From: Deltaproteobacteria bacterium
GTDB lineage: Bacteria; Myxococcota; Kuafuiibacteriia; Kuafuiibacteriales; Kuafuiibacteriaceae
DNA length: 64,000 bases
Direction of reading: 5' to 3'
Assembly: GCA_040218735.1 (NCBI GenBank)
Contig: JAVJQW010000038.1
Span: forward strand, 64,001 to 128,000
The notes beneath the pieces were generated by a model. It did not search any database, was not told the DNA's origin, and was given only the letters and a program-made list of their open reading frames with translations. The number at the start of each line of letters is the position of its first letter. The first letter of the stretch is position 1. Positions 14,455 through 23,841 of this stretch are shown here, piece by piece. Made by a program: the position numbers and the translations under genes.

Positions 14455-17262
14455 TTATCGTCGCCGCGACAATGCCACCGCCGAGCGCGTCCCGCCGTGA
14501 TCCAACAGCGCCGCGATCGCCTCGCGGTCCGCCATCCCCGACGCCTCCACCGTCGCGATCAACCGACGCACCTCGCGCTCGTGCACCAGGTACCGCATCG
14601 CGAGCTCCGCGAGCGCCGGGCCGTCGAGGTTCTCCAGATACGCGAGACCCTCGCGGTACACGATGCGCGTCGCGAGCGACGCCGCGATGATGCTGATCCG
14701 ATACGGCCGCGGCAGGCCCGAATCGATGCGGTCCCCCGCGACCTCCAACAACACCGGCGGCAAGTGCTCGCGCACCAGGTCGTCGAGGTCCGTCTCCGTC
14801 GCGACCAGCGCCGCTTCGATCGCGTCCGTCGCCGCGAGGATCGTTCGGCTCAACGACACCGACAGCTCCGGCAACACCAGGCTCGGATCCCGCGCGTGCT
14901 CCGCGAACAGCAGCACCGCCTCCCGCCGCGCCAACGCACGCAGCTTCGTGAGCACCTCTTCGACGAAGCGCTCCTTCACCGCCATGAACGCCTCCGGCTC
15001 CAGCAACAGACTCGCCGCGATCTCGTAGCTCGAGCAGATCACCCCGCACTTGTTCGCGCTCGAGTCCTTCACGATCAGGACGTTCGTCGACGTCGACAAC
15101 AGCCGCCGCGCTTCGGGCGTGATGAACAGGTTCGCCCCCTCCACGATCACCCGGCTCGTCGCGTTCCCCGCGGCGTCCAAGTAGTCCCGCCAGTTCTTCT
15201 CGTGGATGGTCTGCGGCCGCCCGCCGGCCGGGATGAACGCGTCCGCCACCACCTCGAAACACATCGAGTTCCGCAGCTTCAACCCGTCCGGATCCTCCAG
15301 CGACGCCACGACACCCTCGGCGCTCAGCTTCGAACGATCGAACGCCGCGATGGGCAGCGACGCCGCCACCAGCCGCAGCAGCTCCTCGTGATCCAACCCC
15401 GCCGGATCCCGCGCCGAGCCGCTCCCGTCCGCGATCCCCACGATGCGCGCACGCGCCCCGTACTCCCGCACCAGGATCTTGATCTCGTTCCCCGCGACGT
15501 CCCCGTCCGGCCCGCCGGTGAGCTTCACCGTGAAGTCGTCCTCCCGCGGATCGATCCCCACCGCGCGCAACGCCTCCTCCAGGAAGACCGTCACACCCTC
15601 GCTGGTCACGCCGTACACCTTGTGGTTGATGCCCGCGCCCGGCTTGCTGCTCATGAACGCGTTCGGCGTCGCGTACCCGCGCGCCGCAGCACGCGCGACG
15701 ATCCATTCGATCAGATCGTCGGTCACGTTCTCGTCCGGCCCGAGGTAGAGCCGCTCGCCGGTCTCGAGGATCACGTCGAGCAACCCGTCCGCGAACGCCT
15801 GCAGCGACGGCGCCACCGACGTCCCGGGCTCCGTCAGCACCACCGCCTTCGAGCCCCCCTCCGGGATGTCCTTGTTCTTGAGCTGCTGCGCGCGCGCCAA
15901 CCCGTAGGCCTCGTCGTAGAGACGCTCCAGGTTGAACACGTGCTCCTCCGGCCCGCGCGGTCGCACGACGCGGACCCCGCCACGCGCGACGTCGCGGAAG
16001 CGAACGTGGAATCCGTCGAAGTGACGGCCGTGTACGAAGAAGGCTCCGAACGGCTCGTCGGGTTTCGAGTCGTCGGTGAGGTACTTCGGATCGAAGCGAA
16101 TCGCGAACGCGTACCGGTCCACCAACTTCGCGTTGTGCGCGCGCGTCGCGCGCGTCGCGTCGGCGAGCGCCTGCACCACGCGACGATCGTAGTCGTCGAC
16201 GATCCGGCCGAGGTCGGCGAGCTGCAGCTCACCCGTCGCCTCCGCGCCATCCGAGAGGAACACATCGACGATCGCCTTCACGACGCCCACGTGGCGGTCG
16301 ACCGTCTCGTACATGCGCTCGCGCGCGTACGCGAAGCGATCGATATGCGTCAGCGCGGCGTGCGCGAGGTGCACCAACGAGATCGTCGCCTCCGCCTCCA
16401 CCAACGACACGCCGTGCCGGCGCGAGAACAAAAGCGACACCTCGTCGATCCACTTCAACCGAACCAGGTCCGCGCGCACCGCGTCGGCGCTCGCGGTGAG
16501 GCGCCCGTCCGCGTCGTCGACCACGAACCCCAACACCGAGACGTCGCCGAACGCATCCAGGTAAGCGCGGCGGATATCGAAGTGCTGATCGCCGAGGTGC
16601 GTCACCACGCGGCTGAGCAGCTCGCGCGGCGCCTCGTGACGCGTCGCGACGCTGATGCGCCTCAGGCCGGACTCCGCCTGGTCCGTGATTCGCACCGCGG
16701 TGTCCTCCGGGCCGCGCACCGCGTTCCACAGGCCGTAGCAGGCGTGGATGCGCAGCGGCGACGCCGACCGCACGAAGGTCGCGGTGCACGTCGCGAAGAA
16801 GCGCTCGAGGTCGGTCCCGTCGGCGCCGCGCTCCGCCGCGAACGCCTGGGTCGCGGCGAGCTTGGCGGCCTGCTCGGTGTCGCTCGGATCGAAGGGCGCG
16901 TCGGAGCCGTCGAAGCGGAACACGTCGAGCACGAGCTTGCCGTCCGCTGCGGTGTGGACCTTCGCGCTCGACAGCGTTCGGTCTTGCGGGAGCTGACGCA
17001 GGAGCTCCGCGAGCAGGCCCGGGTAGTTCTTCTCTTCGATGAAGGTCCAGATCCGGCCGTCCTCGTTCTCGAGGGCCATGCGCGTCGCCACGCCCGACAG
17101 ACGTGACGCGACGATCGCCGCGAGGTGCGCGCGGCGCACCTCGACCGGGGTGTCCTGGATGTAAGGATCGGGCATCTGCGCGAGGAACCACGGGACGACT
17201 TGCGTCGCCGTGGTGCGCAGACGCTGGAGGAGATCTTCGACGATGGCGTCCGCGTCGGTCAC
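14455..17262 (-). CDS. gdh: NAD-dependent glutamate dehydrogenase, ~100 kDa type with N-terminal regulatory domains
   Basis: GFHVRFRDVARGGVR, QQLKNKDIPEGGSK, LGPDEN, GVTSEGV, TGGPDGDVAGN, FIPAGGRP, EGANLF, KDSSANKCGVICSSYE. Confidence 0.9.
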   Translation of the reverse strand: MTDADAIVEDLLQRLRTTATQVVPWFLAQMPDPYIQDTPVEVRRAHLAAIVASRLSGVATRMALENEDGRIWTFIEEKNYPGLLAELLRQLPQDRTLSSAKVHTAADGKLVLDVFRFDGSDAPFDPSDTEQAAKLAATQAFAAERGADGTDLERFFATCTATFVRSASPLRIHACYGLWNAVRGPEDTAVRITDQAESGLRRISVATRHEAPRELLSRVVTHLGDQHFDIRRAYLDAFGDVSVLGFVVDDADGRLTASADAVRADLVRLKWIDEVSLLFSRRHGVSLVEAEATISLVHLAHAALTHIDRFAYARERMYETVDRHVGVVKAIVDVFLSDGAEATGELQLADLGRIVDDYDRRVVQALADATRATRAHNAKLVDRYAFAIRFDPKYLTDDSKPDEPFGAFFVHGRHFDGFHVRFRDVARGGVRVVRPRGPEEHVFNLERLYDEAYGLARAQQLKNKDIPEGGSKAVVLTEPGTSVAPSLQAFADGLLDVILETGERLYLGPDENVTDDLIEWIVARAAARGYATPNAFMSSKPGAGINHKVYGVTSEGVTVFLEEALRAVGIDPREDDFTVKLTGGPDGDVAGNEIKILVREYGARARIVGIADGSGSARDPAGLDHEELLRLVAASLPIAAFDRSKLSAEGVVASLEDPDGLKLRNSMCFEVVADAFIPAGGRPQTIHEKNWRDYLDAAGNATSRVIVEGANLFITPEARRLLSTSTNVLIVKDSSANKCGVICSSYEIAASLLLEPEAFMAVKERFVEEVLTKLRALARREAVLLFAEHARDPSLVLPELSVSLSRTILAATDAIEAALVATETDLDDLVREHLPPVLLEVAGDRIDSGLPRPYRISIIAASLATRIVYREGLAYLENLDGPALAELAMRYLVHEREVRRLIATVEASGMADREAIAALLDHGGTRSAVALSRRR

Positions 17263-17294
17263 GACGCGGATCTACCACTCGCCGGATGCGGGGC

Positions 17295-17876
17295 CTACTC
17301 GCCCGCGTGCTTCGCTTCTTCGCGCTCGAGCTCGGCGAAGCTCTTCTCGGCGGCGCGCTTCACGCGCTCCTTCACCTTCGCGTTGAGCTCCTTGCTCGTG
17401 TCGATGAGGTCCATGAAACGCTCCACGTCGAGGCGGGCGAGCGCGTAGAACGTGCCGTCGGTGGGGTGGATCCACTGGTCGACGATCTCCACGCCGTTGA
17501 GCGTGCCGGCCGAGAAGGTCTTCACCGCCTGCTCGACGTGCTGCTCCTCGGACGACGCCGAGAAGTCACCGGCCGTGGTCGACGCCGCGTAGTCCTTCAT
17601 CAGGGACGCCGTGTACGTCTCGAAGATCTTCTGCATCTCCGCGCGGGCCTGGTTGCCGGCCGCCGAGCGGAGGAGGGCGGGGTTCTTGATCCCCGACTTG
17701 GCGCCCACCGCGTAGATCACGCGCTTTTCGCCGCCGAACGCGCCGCTACCGCGCGCGACCCACTCGGGGTATTCGACCGCGGGGGTGTTGTTGTGGACGA
17801 CGCCTTCCTTCGTGCCGCCACCGCAGGCGATCATCGTCGGGAGGGCAAGGGTCAGTGCAATGGCAATACGCTTCAT
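17295..17876 (-). CDS. LPP20-like lipoprotein
   Basis: Lipobox MIAC; PEWV..YAVG..A.NQARAEM..LNGVEIVDQW..TFYAL; SD AGGAG. Confidence 0.7.
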   Translation of the reverse strand: MKRIAIALTLALPTMIACGGGTKEGVVHNNTPAVEYPEWVARGSGAFGGEKRVIYAVGAKSGIKNPALLRSAAGNQARAEMQKIFETYTASLMKDYAASTTAGDFSASSEEQHVEQAVKTFSAGTLNGVEIVDQWIHPTDGTFYALARLDVERFMDLIDTSKELNAKVKERVKRAAEKSFAELEREEAKHAGE

Positions 17877-17930
17877 CTTTGGAGTGCTCCTATTCGGGCC
17901 GCAACGTCGGCTTTGGACGGACGGGTATCA

Positions 17931-20666
17931 CTAAGGACGGCCGATCGCCATGCGCGATTCACCGCCCACGAAAAGAACCGTGCCGTCCGGGGCTTGGACC
18001 GCACGTAGGGGGTTGAACGGGGTGCGCATGTACCGAATGCGCTCGGTCGCGCCGAGCCGGTAGACGAACCCGTTCGCCAGCACGACCGCGCGCGGCGCGG
18101 CCTCCTGGTCCGTGGTGGTATCGGGTATCAGATCGATCGGCCGCTGGTACGTGACCTCCGAGATGCTCAGCGCGAACAGCTCGTCGACGGCGAAGCGCTC
18201 GAAGTCGAGACCACGAGCGTCGAGCGCGACCGTCTCCGCGTCGGGGGGCAGCGGCGTCGCGACGTTCCGGTAGAACACCATGATGCCGTACATCTCCTCG
18301 AGCTCGCTCGCCGTGCCGTACCCGGTGAGCGTGAGGTCGTCCGGGCAGCCGAGCGTCGCGCCGTAGAGCGTGGGGCGTTTGTCGAGCTTGAAGCGCTCGG
18401 CCACCCCGCCCGCGATGCGCACGACGTAACCGTCCCGGCCGATCGCCCACGCGACGCCGTGGCCACCGACCACGCGCCGCCAGTGATCCACGCGCGGGAC
18501 GTTCCCGGAGCACGCGTCCGGCTCGGGGCGGGGGAACGTCTCGACGTCCGGCGTGGTCAGGTCGTCGACGTCCAGCTCGATCTCTGTGACGGTGTCGCCG
18601 TCGATCTGCAGGATCTTCGTCCCGTGGGTGACGGCGACGAAGCGGCCCGGGTGAATCGCGGCGACGTCCACGATGTCGAGGTTCTCGGCGAACGTCGCGG
18701 GGAGCGCGAGCGGCTGCCCGACGCTGACCGCGTCGCCGACGTCGACCCGGGCGAGGTACGCATCGCCGTCCTTCGAGCCGCCGATCAGGAACACGGTGCG
18801 GTCCGCCGAGGAGAGCGCTTCGTCGACGACCGCGGCGTCGACGCGGACGCCCGACAGGTCCGGCGCTTCGATCACCGTCGCCGTCGCGTCCGAAGCGCGC
18901 ACGCGCGTGACGCCGCGCGGGTGGCCGAACACGATGAAGTCACCGCGGTGGTCGACGCCGATCGCCCGGTACGTCGCTCCGTCGGTTTCGTCGGGCCCGT
19001 AGATCTTCGTGAACGACGTCGTGCCCGTGTTTGCGTAGACCTGGTTCTCGCGACCGCGCCCGAGGAGTGTCCCGTTCGCGAGCGGGCTGAGCACGTCCAT
19101 CGACGGGAAGCTCCCGTACAGCTCCGATAGCGGCTGCGATGCGATCTCGTAGCCGTCGGCGTCGAGGTCGACGGCGGTCACGCCGGACAGCTGCATGCGC
19201 ACGACGCCGGACTGGCCGGAGTCGAGGAACTCACGACACCGACGCCCCGGGCTGCTCGACCACGTGACCCGCCAGTCCGGGTCCGGCAGCTCACCGGGCG
19301 CCGCCGCGATCGTCGCGGTCATGATCACCGAGAAGTCCGAAGTGCAGCGCTCGGTCGACTTCGCGATCGCACAGACGTACGCGCGGTCGCCCTGTCGGGT
19401 CATCGCCGACAGCTCGACGATCTCCACGCTCCCTTCCTCGTCCGCGCGCGGGACGGGGTCCTCGAACTGAAAACACGACCACGCGTCGCTCGGGTGCGGG
19501 TTGATCAGCGGCGGCGCGTTCGGCGACTTGTAGTACAGACCTTGGTGCGCGATCGCGACGCCCGTGCCGTCCGGGAAGATCGACAGGCCGTACAGGCGTG
19601 AGAAGCGCCGCAGGTCGATGCACTGCTCGACGTCCACGCGCTGACACGTGAACGGGTTCGCGCTGCACGCGTACATCCCGGGCTCCACCGATCCGAGGCC
19701 GCGCTCCCCGCCGACCAGGTACACCGGCCAGTCACCGGCGTCGTCCAGCACGATCAGGCGCTCGGCGATCGCGCGGCCGCCGTCGTCGAGCGGGACAGGG
19801 GCCTGCGCGCGGCCGTCGACGATCGACACGCGGTAGTACTGGTGTTCGTCGAACGTCGAGGTGTTGAAGCGTCCCGCGGAGACGAGGAAGTCGCCGTTCG
19901 GGAGGGCCGTCGAGTGGCGTACGGTCGTGTCGAGATCGTCGAAGCGCGTGAACTCGGTGCGGCCCGTCGCGGGATCCCAGACCGCCGCACCGTTGCGGGA
20001 GAAGCCGGCGATGACGCCGTCCTCGCGCGCGGAGAAAGTGTTGAGCGGCCACGGTGCGTCGTCCGGCGTGACGGCCTCGACCGTCATCTGCGAGAGGTTC
20101 GCGGGCGCTTGCGGCGGTCGACACACACAGTCGCCGGGCCACTCCAGCCACAGCGATCGTCGGACACGTTCGAGCTCGATGCCGTCGTCGCCGTTGCCCT
20201 CCGCGCACACGCGGCTGCCCGGTGCGCCGGCGCATCGAAACGCATCGCCGTCCGGGTGCCAGATCGCGCCGCGGTTCCACGACGGGACCAGGCAGGTCTC
20301 GCCCGGGTTCATCACCTGCGGAAACTTCGTGGACGGCGCGAGGCACCGTCCGCACCCGCCGGGCGCGGGGCCGTCGGTGCGCACCGCGAGGGCGTCCAGC
20401 TCGACCGACGGGACGTCCGCGCCGCTCGGGCGAACGTAGTCACCCTCCTGCAGGATCCACGTGTAGATCGGGCGGTCGGGATCCGCGTCGACCCGGAGCG
20501 GCTCGCCGGCGCGGTACGGATGGAGCGACGCGATCGCGCGACCGTCGACCGTCGACACCGCGACCACGGTCTGCCCCGGGCCGTACTCGACCGTGAGCTC
20601 GACGCCCGACTCACCGCACGCCGCGAGGCACGTGCTCAGCACGAGGGTCGTTGTCCGCCGCCGCAT
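17931..20666 (-). CDS. Large uncharacterised lipoprotein (911 aa), probably beta-propeller rich
   Basis: Lipobox LAAC, paired cysteines, beta-strand-rich repeats; codon usage typical. Confidence 0.7.
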   Translation of the reverse strand: MRRRTTTLVLSTCLAACGESGVELTVEYGPGQTVVAVSTVDGRAIASLHPYRAGEPLRVDADPDRPIYTWILQEGDYVRPSGADVPSVELDALAVRTDGPAPGGCGRCLAPSTKFPQVMNPGETCLVPSWNRGAIWHPDGDAFRCAGAPGSRVCAEGNGDDGIELERVRRSLWLEWPGDCVCRPPQAPANLSQMTVEAVTPDDAPWPLNTFSAREDGVIAGFSRNGAAVWDPATGRTEFTRFDDLDTTVRHSTALPNGDFLVSAGRFNTSTFDEHQYYRVSIVDGRAQAPVPLDDGGRAIAERLIVLDDAGDWPVYLVGGERGLGSVEPGMYACSANPFTCQRVDVEQCIDLRRFSRLYGLSIFPDGTGVAIAHQGLYYKSPNAPPLINPHPSDAWSCFQFEDPVPRADEEGSVEIVELSAMTRQGDRAYVCAIAKSTERCTSDFSVIMTATIAAAPGELPDPDWRVTWSSSPGRRCREFLDSGQSGVVRMQLSGVTAVDLDADGYEIASQPLSELYGSFPSMDVLSPLANGTLLGRGRENQVYANTGTTSFTKIYGPDETDGATYRAIGVDHRGDFIVFGHPRGVTRVRASDATATVIEAPDLSGVRVDAAVVDEALSSADRTVFLIGGSKDGDAYLARVDVGDAVSVGQPLALPATFAENLDIVDVAAIHPGRFVAVTHGTKILQIDGDTVTEIELDVDDLTTPDVETFPRPEPDACSGNVPRVDHWRRVVGGHGVAWAIGRDGYVVRIAGGVAERFKLDKRPTLYGATLGCPDDLTLTGYGTASELEEMYGIMVFYRNVATPLPPDAETVALDARGLDFERFAVDELFALSISEVTYQRPIDLIPDTTTDQEAAPRAVVLANGFVYRLGATERIRYMRTPFNPLRAVQAPDGTVLFVGGESRMAIGRP

Positions 20667-20738
20667 TCGACCCGGAGCCTAGCCCGCCTCGCACCACGTT
20701 TTCCATCGGCGTCCCGTGAGTGGTATGGCGAGCCCACG

Positions 20739-21098
20739 ATGCGCGTGACGACCGTCGCCTACGCGTTCGGCCCCGCCGTCGCGGTCTCGGCCGCGATCCT
20801 GTTCTTGTCGCACCAGCCCGTACTTCCTGCACCAACGGGCAATGACAAGGTCGCGCACGTGATCGCGTACACCGCGGTCGGCGCGACCTACCTGCACGCG
20901 CTCCTCCTCGGCACCTCCTGGCCACGGACGCTCGTCCTCGGCTTCGTCTTGGCGTCGCTGTTCGGCGTCACGGACGAAGTGCACCAGAGCTTCGTGCCGG
21001 GGCGCCACGCGGACGTCGGCGACGTGCTCGCGGACGTCGTCGGCGCCGCGCTCGGGACCGCGCTCGCCGCGCTCGTGTACCGCCGCCGGCTGCGCTGA
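20739..21098 (+). CDS. VanZ family membrane protein
   Basis: DKVAHVIAY, DEVHQSFVPGRHADVGDVLAD; start re-assigned to ATG 20739. Confidence 0.85.
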   Translation: MRVTTVAYAFGPAVAVSAAILFLSHQPVLPAPTGNDKVAHVIAYTAVGATYLHALLLGTSWPRTLVLGFVLASLFGVTDEVHQSFVPGRHADVGDVLADVVGAALGTALAALVYRRRLR

Positions 21099-21130
21099 CA
21101 GGCGCGCTGGGCCCGTGGTACCGGCTCGGG

Positions 21131-23248
21131 GTGCGAAGGTGGATCGCGGCGTGGTTGCTCGTAGGGTTCGGTTGCAGCTCGAACGCGGCCGCGCCGCCCC
21201 CTTCGGCGAAGGCCGACGCCACGAAGAACAAACGTGACGTCGTCACGGAGGAGCACTTCTCGGTGAAGGTCGAAGATCCGTTCCGCTGGCTCGAGGACGA
21301 GAAGGACGAAGACGTCCGCGCGTGGATGAAGGCGCGCGACGACCACGCGCGCAGCGTGCTCGCCACGTTCCCGGAGCGTGACGCGTTGCAGGCAAGGTAC
21401 CGCGAGCTGCTCTACGTCGAGTCGCGCTCCGCGCCGCGCGTGCGCGGGGGGCGGTTGTTCTTCGCGCGCAAGCCGGCCGACCGCGAGAAGACGATCCACT
21501 ACTGGCAGCAAGGCGAGGGCGGCGAACCGAAGGTGCTGCTCGACCCGAACACCATGAGCGAGGACGGCTCCGTCAGCATCGGCGCGGTCGTCCCTTCGAA
21601 GGACGGCAAGCTCGTCGCGTACATGGAGAAGAGCAACAACGCGGACGAGTCGACGCTGAAGATCATGGAGGTCGACACCGGCGCGCTGCGCGAGCGCGAC
21701 ACGATCGAGCACCTCCGTTACACGTACCCGTCGTGGACACCCGACGGCGCCGGCTTCTACTACACGTGGCTGCCGTCCGACCCGAGCATCCCGTCCAACG
21801 AGCGCATGGGGCTGTCGCAGGTCCGCTACCACGCGCTCGGCACGGACCCGGCGAACGATGTCACCGTACGCGGCGAGACCGGCGACGCGCAGCGGTGGCA
21901 GGGCGCGTACGTCTCCGACGACGGCAAGTACCTGTTCCTCACCATCAGCCACGGTTGGTCCGAGGCCGACGTGTACGTGATGTTCCTCGAGGAGGAGGAG
22001 CCGACGTGGAGGCCGCTCGCGGTGGGCACGAAGGCGCTGTACGGCGTGGTCGCGCACGACGACGTCTTCTACGTGACCACCAACTACGAGGCGCCGCGGT
22101 ACGAGGTCTTCCGGGTGCTGCCCTCGAAGCTCGAGCGCAAACACTGGCGGCGCATCGTCGCGCAGGATCCGAAGGCGGTGATCGAGGACGTCGATGTCGT
22201 CGGTGGCAAACTCGCGATCGCCTACTTGAAGGACGTCTCGACCACGCTCGAGATCCGCGAGCTCGACGGGACGAAGATCCGCGACGTCGAGCTCCCCGCG
22301 ATCGGCACCGCGTCAGCGCTGATCGGCGACGCCGACCACGACACCGCCTACTTCTCGTTCTCGTCGTTCAACTACGCGCCGACGATCTACAAGACGTCCA
22401 TCGCGAAGGGGACGACGACGCTGTTCGCGAAGGTCGACCTGCCGCTGGACTCCGAGCGGTTCGTCGTGAAGCGCGTCGAGTACCCGTCGAAGGACGGCAC
22501 GATGATCTCGATGTTCCTCGTGCACGACAAGGACCTCGAGCTCGACGGAGCCCGCCCCACGCTGATGTACGGGTACGGCGGCTTCAACATCTCCATCACG
22601 CCGGAGTTCACCGCGTTCATCCTCCCGTGGATCGAACGCGGCGGCGTCTACGCGTCACCGCACCTTCGCGGCGGTGGTGAGTACGGGGAGTCGTGGCACA
22701 AGGCGGGGATGCTCGAGAAGAAGCAGAACGTCTTCGACGACTTCGCCGCGGCGGCTGAGTGGTTGGTCGCCGAGAAGTACACGAGCCCCGAGCACCTCGG
22801 CATTCGCGGGGGGAGCAACGGCGGCCTGCTCGTCGGCGCCGCGATGACCCAACGCCCGGAGCTGTTCGGCGCGGTCATCTGCGCGGTGCCGCTGCTCGAC
22901 ATGCTGCGGTACCACCTGTTCGGTGTCGGCAAGGCGTGGATCCCGGAGTACGGCGTCGCGGACGACGAGGCGCAGTTCGCGGTGCTGCACGCGTACTCGC
23001 CGTACCACCACGTGAAGGCCGACGTGGCCTATCCGCCGCTCCTCATGCTCTCGGCCGACACGGACGATCGTGTCGATCCGATGCACGCGCGGAAGTTCGT
23101 GGCGGCGCTCGAGGCCGTGACGCCTCCGGAGCACGTGCACCTGTTACGCATCGAGGAGAACGCGGGCCACGGCGGGGCCGACCTGCGGAAGAAGACCGTC
23201 GAGGTCTACGTCGACCAGGTCGCGTTCCTGCTCGAACACCTGCGGTGA
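21131..23248 (+). CDS. Prolyl oligopeptidase (S9A), lipoprotein
   Basis: DPFRWLED, YGYGGF, GGSNGG nucleophile, DDRV, AGHG; signal peptide with Cys. Confidence 0.95.
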   Translation: MRRWIAAWLLVGFGCSSNAAAPPPSAKADATKNKRDVVTEEHFSVKVEDPFRWLEDEKDEDVRAWMKARDDHARSVLATFPERDALQARYRELLYVESRSAPRVRGGRLFFARKPADREKTIHYWQQGEGGEPKVLLDPNTMSEDGSVSIGAVVPSKDGKLVAYMEKSNNADESTLKIMEVDTGALRERDTIEHLRYTYPSWTPDGAGFYYTWLPSDPSIPSNERMGLSQVRYHALGTDPANDVTVRGETGDAQRWQGAYVSDDGKYLFLTISHGWSEADVYVMFLEEEEPTWRPLAVGTKALYGVVAHDDVFYVTTNYEAPRYEVFRVLPSKLERKHWRRIVAQDPKAVIEDVDVVGGKLAIAYLKDVSTTLEIRELDGTKIRDVELPAIGTASALIGDADHDTAYFSFSSFNYAPTIYKTSIAKGTTTLFAKVDLPLDSERFVVKRVEYPSKDGTMISMFLVHDKDLELDGARPTLMYGYGGFNISITPEFTAFILPWIERGGVYASPHLRGGGEYGESWHKAGMLEKKQNVFDDFAAAAEWLVAEKYTSPEHLGIRGGSNGGLLVGAAMTQRPELFGAVICAVPLLDMLRYHLFGVGKAWIPEYGVADDEAQFAVLHAYSPYHHVKADVAYPPLLMLSADTDDRVDPMHARKFVAALEAVTPPEHVHLLRIEENAGHGGADLRKKTVEVYVDQVAFLLEHLR

Positions 23249-23252
23249 AGGA

Positions 23253-23567
23253 TCAGCGGCGACGGGACTCCGACTCGGTGATCGTCTCGAGCAGGTCCGC
23301 GGCGCGGACGTAGAAGTTCTTCAGCTCCGACTCGTTCTTCCCCATCTTGGCGGAGTCGTGGAGGCTGAACTCCTCCGACCGCTCCACGCGGCGCACGAAG
23401 TCGTCGTAGTCCTCGACCTGCGCCTTGATGTGGTCGAACAGCTGCTGCGCGAGCTGCTTGCCCTCCGACGCGAGGTTGGCGTCGTAGCGCGAAGCCAGCT
23501 TCGCGTTGATCCGGGTGGCGCGCTGGTACGCTTCGGAGATCGGGTTGGTCTCGGACGACTCGCTCAT
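23253..23567 (-). CDS. Hypothetical helical protein (104 aa)
   Basis: Normal amino-acid composition and codon usage; fills the gap between POP and tRNA-Val. Confidence 0.65.
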   Translation of the reverse strand: MSESSETNPISEAYQRATRINAKLASRYDANLASEGKQLAQQLFDHIKAQVEDYDDFVRRVERSEEFSLHDSAKMGKNESELKNFYVRAADLLETITESESRRR

Positions 23568-23635
23568 GAGGGCGCCGGGACACTACCCGCCGAAGTTCGG
23601 CCGGAAAAGGCCCTTTGTGCTGGGGAGTAACCCTT

Positions 23636-23708
23636 TAGGCGGGACAGGGCTCGAACCTGCGACATTCGCCGTGTAAAGGCGACGCTCTGCCAACTGAGCT
23701 ACCCGCCT
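23636..23708 (-). tRNA. tRNA-Val (TAC), CCA not encoded
   Basis: AGGCGGGTAGCTCAGTTGGCAGAGCGTCGCCTTTACACGGCGAATGTCGCAGGTTCGAGCCCTGTCCCGCCTA; anticodon arm TCGCC-TTTACAC-GGCGA. Confidence 0.95.
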
Positions 23709-23841
23709 GAATTCGCTGGCGATGCCCTAACACGAAGCGATTGTGGTCGTCGACCCGCTCCCGTAGGATGGTGATCGAAGGGTCGGACGACCGGCGGACG
23801 GTCGGGCCGTGCGATCCCATGTAGTGGATTCAAGGCGACAG

